Assembly: GCA_951406725.2 (NCBI GenBank)
Contig: OX597823.1
Span: 33,976,001 to 34,040,000, forward strand
Length of the DNA stretch: 64,000 nt
DNA from: Octopus vulgaris
Lineage: Eukaryota
Direction of reading: 5' to 3'
This document shows, in pieces, positions 50,830 to 62,910 of the stretch. Every line of letters begins with the position of its first letter. The stretch's first letter is position 1. Under the pieces are notes generated by a model, which was not told the DNA's origin, made no database searches, and saw nothing but the letters and a program-made list of their open reading frames with translations. Both the position numbers and the translations under genes were made by a program.

Positions 50830-52945
50830 AAGAATAAACAAATACCAGAGAACCTAGTGCTATCAAAAAAGTTGTTCTCACAGCACAAGGAACCAGAACA
50901 GATTCTACCAGATATCTTATGATATACTGTGCATCTATTTTTAATTGTTTTAATTAATTGAATACATTAGCACTGATCTTAGCTATTTGAGTTTCATGCC
51001 AGGGAGTATCCCTAGCTTTTCTTCTTCAGTCTTTAAAATGAAATTGTTGCTTTAGACTTCAGGGTTCTAATCCAGTTAGTGTCCGCTTGACCTCTGTTGT
51101 ATTACATTAATTATGGTAGGCAATGCTGAAGAGGTCATTATGACCATGGATCTTGTGTATGCCTAATCACAGGATATAATAAGGTTGTTGTTGCTTACCA
51201 ACAGGTGAGCTCTGTCTAGATGTTCTAGACATGACCATCCTGTCTACTATTCCAATGTTCCTTTCTTGTTATTGAGCCCAAAGTCAGCCCTGTTCCAGCA
51301 GATTCCTTTGATCAAAGATGTTCTAGAACTGACTACTTGGACTTCAATTTAAACATAGTCTATTTGTGACTACAGTATTCAAGGCTCATTTCATTTTTGA
51401 AGACAAATAGATTGTAGTCTGAAGGGGATTCAGCTCCTATCTCTATCAGGTTGAGGAACAACTTAGATACTCTTTCTCATTGTATTTGATAGGGTGGCTA
51501 TGGCTGTGAGAGGTTGACTTCTGGGAAGAGGATGAAGGAATATGATCAACAAGTAGTAAGCCTAGAAGACAGAAGAGAATAAAAGTGATGTTGGAAAGTC
51601 AGTGACAAGGATGAGATAAATCCAATGTTGAAGCATGACAGAAGACATAAATGACAGAAGGCAGAAGACATATGGAAAAAGATAAAAGACTGAAAGAAGT
51701 GAAATGGGAGAAATAGCACAAAAGGAGAAAGAAATACAGGAAGGAAATGGTTAAAAGAAAAGAAGCAGAAAATAAGAAAGAAGTAAAAATAGGAGCAGTT
51801 TTAATGTGGTCAATACTATAATAGTGAATATCTTATTAAAACATATGTATTGCCACTGAACCAGGCTCTGATTCGTGGTTTCTCTCTTCTCTCTCTTTAC
51901 ATGCATCATGTACAGTTACTTAGAAAAGTGGATTACTCGAGTCATCTTAGACTTGGCTCTAAATTATAATCTAAATTTAAGTTTAGATCTGCAATAAACA
52001 CACAAATGACAGACTGGATATCAGAAGGCTTTCTGTAACCTTTTGTTTGTTGTTAGTTACTCAGAGGAAAACGATGCTGTGCCCATGATACTTGCAGGTT
52101 CTCCTAGACCAGTAGTGGGGAGAACTTGATGAGGTCAACACAGTTGATGTTGAATTTGAATTCCTGCAGAAAATGGGGAGAAAAAGAGAACTGTGAGGAA
52201 ACATTTGTTGAATTGTCAAGTATGAAGATCTATAGTGAGAACACAGGTGATGAGAGAAGGTGATACCTGTGTGTATGTTTGGAAAGGAGAGTGGGATACA
52301 TTTCTTAAGAACTGCAGAAAATGTTGCAAAATCTAAGAAGGAACATATGGTCAAGGGGTGTCACAGTGATTGGTGTATGATGGTGGAAGGATCATTTCAC
52401 AATCAGTTGATGACCTTTTTGATGAGGAATTTCTCAAGAATGGTTGATCAGTAGATAGTCATCTCAGATATCTAAGCTGTATTCATCATCATCATTTAAC
52501 ATCTATGTTCCATGCTGGCATGAGTTGGACAGTTTGAGAGGGTCTGATGGGTCCGAAAACTACATTGGATTCCCATGCCTGCTTTGGCATTGTTTCTGTA
52601 ATTGGGTGCTTCTAATGCCAACCACTTTACAATGTGTACTGGATGCTTTTCCTCATGTTACCAGTAAGGGTGAGATTACCCTGCAGCTTGCAAGACTATG
52701 CGCCCTGGTGGTTCAACTTTACACTAAGAGAAGAGGTGTTAAAATATGACAAAAGGGACCCAGAACAGAGCAAGTTTCTTGGTGTAGAGAAGCCATGTGA
52801 CTACTCACATTTTAGAAGAGAAGGTGGGAGTGATTGTGTGGCGCTAAAAAGCTTTAGAAATAGTAGGGATGAGGTGCCAGGATGGAGCCTCAAGTTACAA
52901 TGTGAGTAGAAGTGATTGATTACAGTGGAACCAGGACTGAGAGTG

Positions 52946-52985
<40 letters not shown>

Positions 52986-53071
52986 CACACACATATACAA
53001 ATGTGTATACAAAAGGCAGTGCTCCAGTATGGCTGCAGTCAAATGACTGAAACAAATGAAAGAATAAAGAA

Positions 53072-53114
<43 letters not shown>

Positions 53115-53130
53115 ATATATATATATATAT

Positions 53131-53457
53131 GGAAAAATGTGAAGTTAGAAAATGCTAAAATAATTTTATAAAAAACATTTCAGTACTGATTTCAGTTATT
53201 GACAATTTTTCAACTGTAAGTATGGAAAACAATCAAATTTTGGAAAAATTAAATGAAAAGTTTTTCAGGCAGAAACAAGAAAAATACCCCTTGTATTTGA
53301 ATATTATGCAAATATTCTTTTAAAATACTTTTCATTTAATTTTTCCAAAATTTAATTGTTTTCCATACTTACAGTTGAAAAGGTCTCAATGACTGTAACT
53401 GGTACTGAAATGTTTTTTGTAAAATTACTTTAGCATTTTCTACCTTGACTTTTTTCC
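53131..53457. repeat. Fold-back element with arms of about 130 bp, each carrying a U3-A8 hammerhead-like core
   Basis: 53131-53261 mirrors 53327-53457. Right arm CAG TTGAAAA GGTC-TCAAT-GACT GTAA CTGG TA CTG; left arm (minus) CAG TTGAAAA...GAAA TCAG TA CTG. Confidence 0.8.
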
Positions 53458-53520
53458 ATATATATATATCAACTCATGTATTCCTTTTCAACCTTCTACA
53501 TATGTATATATATATATATA

Positions 53521-53915
53521 TATATACAAAATATAAATTAGAGATAAAACCACTATTATGCAACTCAAACAGTGATAGACATAAACCAATACATAAATAA
53601 CGAATAATATATATATATATATATAGGTAATTTTTTTTATTATTTTTATAAATATATAACTTATAGCTAGATCTCAAAAAGTATAAAATGAATAATAAAT
53701 ATATAATATAATAAGTAATATAATATTATATATTTATCACTCATTTTATACTTTTTGAGATCTAGTTATAAGTTATATATTTATAAAAATAAAAAAATAA
53801 AAATTTTAAAAAAAATTTATATATATATATTATTTGTTATTTATGTATTGGTTTATGTCTATCACTATTTGAGTTGCATAATAGTGGTTTTATCTCTAAT
53901 TTATATTTTATATAT
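53521..53915. repeat. AT-rich palindrome with arms of about 190 bp
   Basis: aaattagagataaaaccactattatgcaactcaaa... mirrored by ...tttgagttgcataatagtggttttatctctaattt; the ORF track shows MRSSYKLYIYKN on both strands. Confidence 0.9.
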
Positions 53916-54889
53916 TTATACTGTGAAATTTGATTTATTACTAAATTGAATTTTTCCCTGTAAGTTTGGAGTTATACTCCCTAATATTATTATTATATAT
54001 ATACATATATATATATAGATGTATATATATATATTTCTTTCATTTAGGCACAAGAGTGGCTGTGTGATAAGTAGCTTACTTACCAACTATATGGTTTCAG
54101 GTACAGTCCCATTGTGTGACACCTTAGGCAAGTGTCTTCCACTAAAGCCTTGGGCCAACCACTAAAGCCTTGGGCCAACAAAAGCCTTGTGAGTGAATTT
54201 GGTAGACAGAAACTGAAAGAAGCCTGTCATATATGTGTGTGCCTGTGTTTGTCCCCCGCCATCACCTGGCAACCGATGTTGGTGTGTTTACATTCCTGTG
54301 ACTTAGCATTTTGGCAAAAGAGACCGATTGAATAAGTGCTAGGATTACAAGGTATAAGTCCCGGGGTCGATTTGTTCAACTTAAGGCAGTGCTCCAGCAT
54401 GGCTGCAATCAAATGACTGAAACATGTAAAAGAATAAGAGAATGTGTGTGTGTGTGTGTGTGTGTCTAAAATATACATATATAATATTTCTCTTTGAATA
54501 TTTGTAATCTCTGTAACACAAGCTATTTTACAGATCTCTGTTAATGTAGGTTATTCATACAACACAGATCTTTGTTGATATTGCATAGTGTAAAGCAGTG
54601 AGCTTGCAGAACCATTACTGCACCAGATAGAATGCGTTGTGGCATTTTGTCCATCTTTACATTCTGCCAAGGTCAACTTTGCCCTTCATCCTTTCAGGGT
54701 TTACTGAGGTCAATGTAATTGACTTACCCAGCTCCCAAATTCCAGGCCCTGTACCTTTAGGAGAAAGAATATTACACCTGTTGTGTCTAGGAAACAACCT
54801 GCATTAGCAAGATTAGTTATAATATTCTGTTCTCTCTGTCAGATTATAATACAATTGTTATTATTTTAACTGTTTTACATCTATTTTTG

Positions 54890-55390
54890 AGCGTAGTCGA
54901 TACCAGTGCTGCTTGACTGGCTCCCATGCCAGTGGCATATAAAATGCACCATTCAAGCGTGGTTGTTGCCAGTGCTGCCTGACCGGCTCCTGTGCCAGTG
55001 GCATGTAAAATGCACCATTTGAGTGTGGTTGATACCAGTGCCAGCTGACTGGTCCCGTACTGGTGGCACGTACAAGCACCATTCGAGCATGATCATTGCC
55101 AGTGCCACCTGATTGGCTCCTGTGCCAGTGGTGCATGAAAAGCATAATTCGGGTGTGATCATTGCCAGTGCCGCCTGACTGGCTCCCATGCTGGTGGCAC
55201 ATAAAAATCACCCATTACACTCTTGGAGTGCTTGGCATTAGGAAGGGCATTGAGCTGTAGAAACATTGCCAGATCGGATTGGAGCCTGGTGCTGCCTTCT
55301 TCTGGCTCACCAGTCCTCAGTCAAACCATCCAATCCATGCCAGCAGGGAAAGCGAATGTGAAACAACGATGATGATGATGAGGATGATGA
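54890..55390 (+). mobile_element. RTE 3' UTR copy with five tandem units of about 66 bp and (GAT)n tail
   Basis: Units begin (g/a)ccagtgc at about 54902, 54968, 55034, 55098 and 55164. Related copies at about 7680-7830, 23910-24130, 44830-45060, 46510-46815, 56750-57240 and 57530-57695. Confidence 0.85.
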
Positions 55391-57530
55391 TTTATGATTG
55401 TTTGTGGGTGGCTATAATGTTTTGTTGTAGTAATGTATTTGTAATGATGCAAGTGAATAGATTTTTGACTATTAACTGTTCAACCATGAAGCAGCAGAGT
55501 CTTTTTAACCCTTTTGTTACCATATATTTCTGTTAAAATAAATGGCTTTTGTTTCAAATTAATTTTTAAAATAAAAATTTTATTGAAATGACTTTGTCAA
55601 TATTAAACTGATTTTGGAAAACGTTAGCAACTGGTTCTTGTTATCAAAATTATTTGCTTCCAAACTTTTTATTTGTTTAATTCTTTTATTACCATATTTT
55701 GTTGAACTCTGCTGCCTTTATTTAGATTCATTTTGATAGTATGAAGAATATAATAATAATAAAAAATTATCAGTTTTAAGCTGATATTTTAAATATGAAT
55801 TAACATGAAATTGTGATGGTAGGATTTAACTTAAATCACTTTAAAACAGAATTTGTATCATAGAACTTGGGTCAGTCTCTGGCATGTTAGTACCAAAAAT
55901 TTAGAGTCTTAGTTCAAGGAGAACAGCACAATAACTATAGTAAGATTTGAATTTATAACCATATGGCTAGTAGTTCTGCTCTTTAACCTTATAAATAATA
56001 TATTATCAAAGTTCCCCCATTGAATGACATTTTCTTGGATTTTATTTTCCGATTTACATAAATTTCCTTACAAACTAAATTCAGTCTTCTTAAAAAACGT
56101 TGATATTGTTTTATTTTAAACATTTTTCATGAAACGTTTTTACTTTATCTCTATTTCTATCCATCCGTTCAATATATCTCCGTTCACTTTGATTTTCAGT
56201 ATTCTTTTGGTCTACAGTAGTAAATCTATCAATCTACCAAAGATTAAATCTTTAATAATCTTTCATATTAATGGCAAATGCTTAATCTATTGTTGTATAC
56301 AGAGAGCAATAACAACTCTGTTGCTTTCCGGAAATATGCAGCGGGCAGCAGTAAACTTTCAAAGAAATTACTAGAATGTTCTAAATATGTGCATTCATAA
56401 AGAGGATAGTAGAAGAGATGAGAGAGTGATCACCATGTTGAAATCTATATTAAAATATTTAGAAATCTTCCATATTCTCCTATCATGTGTGATTAGTTGT
56501 CACTTAGTTAAGCTATAAATAAATGCAGATATTTCATACTATCTCAAAGTCACAAGCTTCCCAAGAAAAGCAGGTATGGTTATGGTTGTTTGGTTAAGAA
56601 GGTTTGCTCTGTAACCATGTGGTTTTGGGTTCAGTTCCACTGCATGGTACCACCTTGGGCAAGTGTTTTCTACCATAGCCTTCAGCTGACCAGTGCCTTG
56701 TGAGTGAAATTTCACTGAAAAAATGCATGGAAGCCTGCTCTATATGTTGTCATCATCATCATCGTTTAATTTCCGCTTTCCATGCTGGCATGGGTTGGAT
56801 AGTTTGACTGTGGACTGGTGAGCCGGAAGGCTGCACCAGGCTCCAATCTGATCTGGAAAAGTTTCTACAGCTGGATGCCCTTCCTAACGCCAACCATTCC
56901 GAGAGTGTAGTGGGTGCTTTTTACGTGTCACCGACATGAGGGCCAGTCAGGTGGTTCTGGCAACGACCATGCTCAAAAGGTGTTCTTACATGCTACCTGC
57001 ATGAGAGCCAGTCCAGCAGCACTGGCAACGACCACACTCAAATGTTGTTTTTCACATGCCACCAGCACATGTGCCTGTAAGGCAGTGCTGGCAACGATTA
57101 CACTCAAATGGTGCTTTTCACATGTCACCGGCACAGGAGCTAATCCATGGCCCTGGCAACGATCATCCTTGGATGTGCTTTTAATGTTCCACTGGCATGA
57201 GTGCCAATGAGGCAGCAGTGTCATCAACCATGTCAGCGTTAGGATATAAGTATGTTGATCTATAGTTAGGCACAATATGCAAGCTGATATCAACAAATAA
57301 AAACAAAGACACACTATTGTATTGCCATGCATTGGTTGTTTGATGCTTTAATTATACTTCGGGAAAGTTTCCTCTCATCAAATATAAGACAGAAAAATAA
57401 TCCAAGTGTTTGTAGAAAGAGTGTTATTATCAAGAGGACTTTTTTGAATTAGAATAGAAACATTAAATAGTTTTCTTAGTTTTTATTTAGTGGAATCACT
57501 TTATATATTTGGTCTAAATTCTCATCTGCA

Positions 57531-57575
<45 letters not shown>

Positions 57576-57770
57576 GTTTAGCGTCCGCTTTCCATGCTAG
57601 CATGGGTTGGACGGTTCTACTTGGGTCTGTGAAGCCAGAAGGCTTCATCAGGCCCAGTCAAATCTGGCAGTGTTTCTACGGCTGGATGCCCTTGCTTAAA
57701 AATTTTTTTTTTTTCATATTTATATCATTTCACATAACAAACCTTTAAGCAAATTACAATATTCTTTTAT

Positions 57771-57819
<49 letters not shown>

Positions 57820-57994
57820 TGTGTGTTTGTGTTTGCCACCACCACCATCGCTCACATGGCAACTAGTTTTGGTTTGTTTAGATCTCTGTAACTTAGTGGC
57901 TCAGCAAAAGATATCAATAGAATAAGTACCAGACTTTAACAAAAAGTTCTGGGTCGATTTATCTGACAAAACAGTTTAAGGTATTTTTTGATGC

Positions 57995-58039
<45 letters not shown>

Positions 58040-58046
<7 letters not shown>

Positions 58047-58262
58047 TACATTTGATGGATATTTGTCCTCAACTTGTTTGTTGTTAACACAGCGTTTCAG
58101 CTGATATACCCTCCAGCCTTCATCAGGTATCTTGGGGAAATTTTGAACCTGGATTCTCATTCTTAAGGTATTTTTCAATGTTATTTTTAGATCTTGTTGG
58201 ATTCAGCCGAAACGTGTTAACAAACAAGATGAGGATAAATATCTGTCAAATGTAAATAATGT
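58040..58262 (-). mobile_element. Hammerhead-bearing repeat (motif 58086-58131) with inverted partial copy (58203-58262)
   Basis: Minus strand GATAC CTGATGA A GGCTG-GAGGGTATAT-CAGCT GAAA CG CT GTGTT (U16.1>C); plus-strand partial copy CAGCCGAAACGTGTTAACAAACAAGATGAGGA. Confidence 0.78.
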
Positions 58263-58813
58263 ATGGAATGGCATGTTGCATTGAAGGGAATAGCAACAGG
58301 TTTCAACAAAACCATGGCTACATCTTTTTAAGAGTTTTACTCATTTACTGAAAATTTGAAAACGCCACAATTTTTCCCATGAATGAAGAAGTATAATGTT
58401 CCTTCTATAATAATTGAATCAATGAATGCAAGTTGCATTTTGCTGTGATTTTTTTTTTTTTTTGAGAACCATTAAAATCTTGATGATTTAATCATATTTT
58501 AATGTGTTTATGAATAATTGTATTTATGGATTCTCACACTACTTCCCTTCTGCAAATGTCTGAATAATGTAAAACTCAGAGTAAGAATAAAAGATTCTTT
58601 AGCCACTCATTATATATGTGTGTTGACAGTGACTTTGAAGTTTTGCTAGTGATCTAGAGCATCTGAAGAAGCCCATTCCCAGTGAACCTGCGAAGTCCCT
58701 GTCTTTTTTTCATTTATGAATAAATTTCAGACTGTAAATATATGTATTGAACGGTTTAATAATTCATGTTGGCTTGTAAAATCATACATAAAACAGACAT
58801 TAATATATATATA

Positions 58814-58908
<95 letters not shown>

Positions 58909-58910
<2 letters not shown>

Positions 58911-59213
58911 AGGTGCAATGGCCCAGTGGTTAGGGCAGCGGACTCGTGGTCGCAGGATCGCGGTTTCGATTCCCAGACCAGGCGTTGTGAGTGTTTATTG
59001 AGCGAAAACACCTAAAGCTCCACGAAGCTCCGGCAGGGGGTGGTGGCGATCCCTGCTGTACTCTTTCGCCACAATTTTCTCTCATTCTTTCTTCTGTTGG
59101 CCTGCTCGCTTAGCCAGCGGGGTGGCGTCATTTGAAGGCTAAAACAATGCGAAGCACATTGTGACCAGCGATTTGTAGCAACATCTGATAGTCTGGTCGG
59201 TCACGGACGGTGA
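58909..59213 (+). mobile_element. Young tRNA-derived SINE (third family)
   Basis: A box TGGCCCAGTGG, B box GTTTCGATTCC, then about 230 bp of non-tRNA body; CpG-rich; flanked by microsatellites. Confidence 0.85.
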
Positions 59214-59786
59214 TATATATATATATTGTACGTTTCATTATATATACATAATAATACATACAATAGAGTATATATATATATATGTTAATATAATATACAC
59301 AATATTATTTATGTATATGTGATATTATATAACCCATAATGTAATATAATATGATATGCAATAAATAATTTCCATTTGTTTGTAAACTGAAATACATTAC
59401 ATAAAGATCATTGACTGACATGCTTCAGTTTGAACTCTGACCTTTCTATGAGCAGTTTTTATGACACAATGGTGTATCAGATAACATTTGTGTGTTTGAC
59501 TCTGTACAGATAATATATTTATCTAATGATGGTATACAATATGTTAACCTTATACTTACCACATACCTAATAACAGTACACACACACACACACATGTGTA
59601 GATATATATATATATATATATTACTGTTTATTTTATGTTAACTTTAAAAAATAAAGAATTACTCAATACATTTTCTTCTTTTTTTTGTAAAGTACATATT
59701 TTGTTGTATTTTTATAAGCAGTGGGTTGACCATAACTTTGAAGTTTCGACTTACTAGCCCTCATCATACTTTTGATTTCACACATA

Positions 59787-59823
<37 letters not shown>

Positions 59824-59898
59824 CCACTTTGTATATAACCCTCTACAGACTATATATCTAACAACTTCGGAAAATCTATTTAACACCCTGCATTTAAT

Positions 59899-59940
<42 letters not shown>

Positions 59941-60414
59941 ACCACACACACACACACACCACACACACACACATACACACATACACACATACGTGTGTGT
60001 AAAACAACATTCCAGTATATATTACCATTCTTCTAACTGTGTGTCTAGCAACAGCCACACCACTTATGTACATTTCATGTCTATCTCACAACAGTGTTGC
60101 TGTAAAAATTCAACAAAACACTAATCATATCTCTAACAACAATACGGTGCCAGAGATCAGTTCTTCCATGTAGAGGCAGCACTAATGTCCATAGTAGTCA
60201 TATGCTTTAGTTAACGGCCTTCAGGGTGGTGGTGGTGGTGGTGGTGGTGGTGGTGGTGGTGGTGGCTAGAGGGACAATAGTGTATGACTGTGTCAGTTGT
60301 GTTAAGCTGTGCAGCATTGTTATCTACACAACAACAACAGCAACAACATTGGTAGAAAGAATTCTACTGATAATAAAACAAATTATATAAATGGTTGCAG
60401 TAACATCTTTACAG

Positions 60415-60857
60415 CATCACAATCACATCATCATTATCATTGTTGATATCATCGTCATCATTATCATCATTATCATCATCATCATTATCGTTGTTATCAA
60501 TGTTGTCATCATCAACATCACTATTATTTTTATCATTGTCCTCCATCTCCCCTTTCTCCTCATCATCATTATTGCCATCGTTGTCATCATCATCATCATC
60601 ATCATCATTGTCATCATTGTTGTTATCAGCATCATCATCATCGCCATCTTCATCATCATTATCATCATCGCCATCATCTTAATTCCATACATTCTCCTCC
60701 TCCTCCTCATCATCATCATCATTGTTATCATCATCTTCAATCAACACATTCTCCTCATCATCATCATCATCGTCATCTTCATTCCACACATTCTCCTCCT
60801 CTTCCTTCTCATCATCATCATCGTCATCATCATCTTCATTCCATACATTCTCCCCCT

Positions 60858-60888
<31 letters not shown>

Positions 60889-60930
60889 ATCATCATCATC
60901 ATCGTTGTTGTCGTCATTGTGTTTGTTGTT
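60415..60930. repeat. Compound (ATC)n/(CTC)n trinucleotide tract with four embedded units of about 23 bp
   Basis: ctt(c/a)attcca(c/t)acattctcctc-like units at about 60678, 60735, 60777 and 60834. Confidence 0.9.
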
Positions 60931-61406
60931 GTATAAGAAACACATCAAGTCTCCCATTTATTTATGTGAAAGAAGCGAGGTAGAGCACGGTTTGTCAAAC
61001 AAATATCCTGAAAGACAAAAACCTCCATTTAAACATTTAATACGGTTCCAGTATTGATGTATTCTCCATCTCGGCAACTGTGGAATGTCTTAACAGAATC
61101 TACTCTATAATATTCCAATTATATTCCTTTGATGTTATAATGGCTTTAATAAAAACAGTGGAAACCCTTACAATATCTTAGCTTCTCAATTTGCTCCGGC
61201 AAGCATTTTTATCATCATTCAGTATTGCTGTATCAATAATTGAAACGCTATTGTCTCCATTTGTCATACACAGTTCTAATGTGTTTGTTCAATGGAAGCT
61301 GAAGATCATTCTGATTGTCAGCCTCCTTTCTGATCTCTGCATGCTAATTGCTCCATAGAATGCCCTTTATTTTATCGTCATATTTCTTTCTTTTGTTTCT
61401 TTACAG

Positions 61407-61571
61407 AGATATCTTGAAAACAGCAATGTTGGGTCATGCATGAATGAATTACTCTCTCTTGATGCTGATGTCCATCAACGCTACAAGTTATCAGCTTCCA
61501 TGGCTCTCTTCACGGCCCTGGAGTATGCTTCAGATGCAGTGGAGATAGTGAATGCAGATCATGAAATACAG
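61407..61571 (+). CDS. PDE8: PDE8 coding exon D (end of REC, linker, start of PAS)
   Basis: Acceptor tttcttttgtttctttacag|AGA, donor CAG|gtaggc; phase 0-0, 165 nt. Encodes RYLENSNVGSCMNELLSLDADVHQRYKLSASMALFTALEYASDAVEIVNADHEIQ, equivalent to PDE8A RYVENPNIMACYNELLQLE...VFTALENSEDAIEITSEDRFIQ. The gene extends beyond both window ends. Confidence 0.94.
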
Positions 61572-61756
61572 GTAGGCTTAACTTATTGCACTACTAACAT
61601 GCATAAATTAACATAGTTTTAGGTTAATGAGACTGATATTTCTCAGTGTGCGTGTGTGTGTGTGTGTTTCTGTATTTATCTCTTGTATTATAATTAACTA
61701 AATATATTATGATACAAAGGCATATGAGCTTATGCTTATTGAAGCATCACTTCTTG

Positions 61757-61799
61757 TACATGCAGGCTCTTCATACAAAGCATGAAGAGCCTGCATGTA
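61757..61799. other. Perfect 18-bp stem, 7-nt loop hairpin in the intron 186 nt downstream of PDE8 exon D
   Basis: TACATGCAGGCTCTTCAT acaaagc ATGAAGAGCCTGCATGTA. Confidence 0.9.
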
Positions 61800-62139
61800 T
61801 GTGAGTGTGTGCATATATATCTATACACACAACTCACATATATAAATGTGTGCAGATGCACGTGTGCACACACACACACACACACACACATATAAAATCA
61901 TCATTGTTACTTTAACATCCACTTTTCCATGCTTGCATGGAACAGGTGGAGTTTTCTGACAGATTTTTCTATGGCCTGATGCCCTTCCTGTTGCCAACCT
62001 TTATGTATTTCCAAGCAAGGTACTATTTCCCCATGGCTAGAAATATGTTCATAGAGTATTGGAGATGAACAGCATTCATTTACTACAGTCAACAGTATCA
62101 AGACAAGGATACACAAACATACATACTCTCACACTCCTG

Positions 62140-62172
<33 letters not shown>

Positions 62173-62173
62173 T

Positions 62174-62910
62174 ATCATCATCGTCGTCGTTTAACGTGCG
62201 TTTTCCATGCTGGCATGGGTTGGACGGTTTGACTGAGGACTGGCAAGCCAAAAGGCTGCATCAGGCTCCAATCTGATCTGGCAAAGTTTCTACAGCTGGA
62301 CGCCTTTCCTAATGCCAACCACTCCAAGGGTGTAGTAGATGCTTTTAATGTGCCACCAGCACGAGAGCCAGTAAGGTGGTACTCGCAATGACCATGCTCA
62401 AAAGGTGTTTTTTGTGTGCTACCTGCACGGGAGCCAGTCCAGCAGCACTGGCAACAACCACACTCAAATACTGTTTTTCCCATGCCACCAGCACATGTGC
62501 CAGTAAGGCGATGCTGGCAACGACCATGCTTGAATGGTGCTTTTTAATGTGCCACCGGCACAGGAGCCAATCAGTGGCTCTGGCGCTTTTAAAGTTCCAC
62601 TGGCACGAGTGCCAATCATGCGGTACTGTCATCGGTCACGTCAGTGATTTTGATTTTGATTTCACTTGCCTGAACAGGTCTTCGCAAGCAAAGTTATTGT
62701 CCAATGAATGAAGGCTACTTATAACTGGGCTGTTACACCCACTGGCATAGGACACAGGTTATGGTCTCACTTGGTTTGTCGGGTCTTCTCAAGCACAGCA
62801 TATCTCCAAAGGTCTTGATCATTAGCCATTGCCTCGGTAAGGCCCAATGTTCGAAGGTCATGCTTCACCACCTCATCCCAGGTTTTCCTGGGTCTACTTC
62901 TTCCACAGCT
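62174..62910 (-). mobile_element. RTE LINE 3' end: ORF C-terminus, tandem-repeat 3' UTR and tail
   Basis: Minus strand CGRSRPRKTWDEVVKHDLRTLGLTEAMANDQDLWRYAVLEKT (RGRP..TW motif), contiguous with the abundant AAAAGCACC...GGAAGGGCATCC...CCAACCCATGCCAGC...(GAT)n-type tail. Confidence 0.88.

Noticed and set aside
58909-58985. Possible tRNA gene
   Set aside because: A and B boxes are present, but no clean acceptor stem is seen and it runs into a long SINE body.
60391-60936. 181-aa poly-Ile ORF resembling a membrane protein, plus overlapping poly-Met/Ser/Asp ORFs
   Set aside because: All are frames of one (ATC)n/(CTC)n tract; no domain or splice support.
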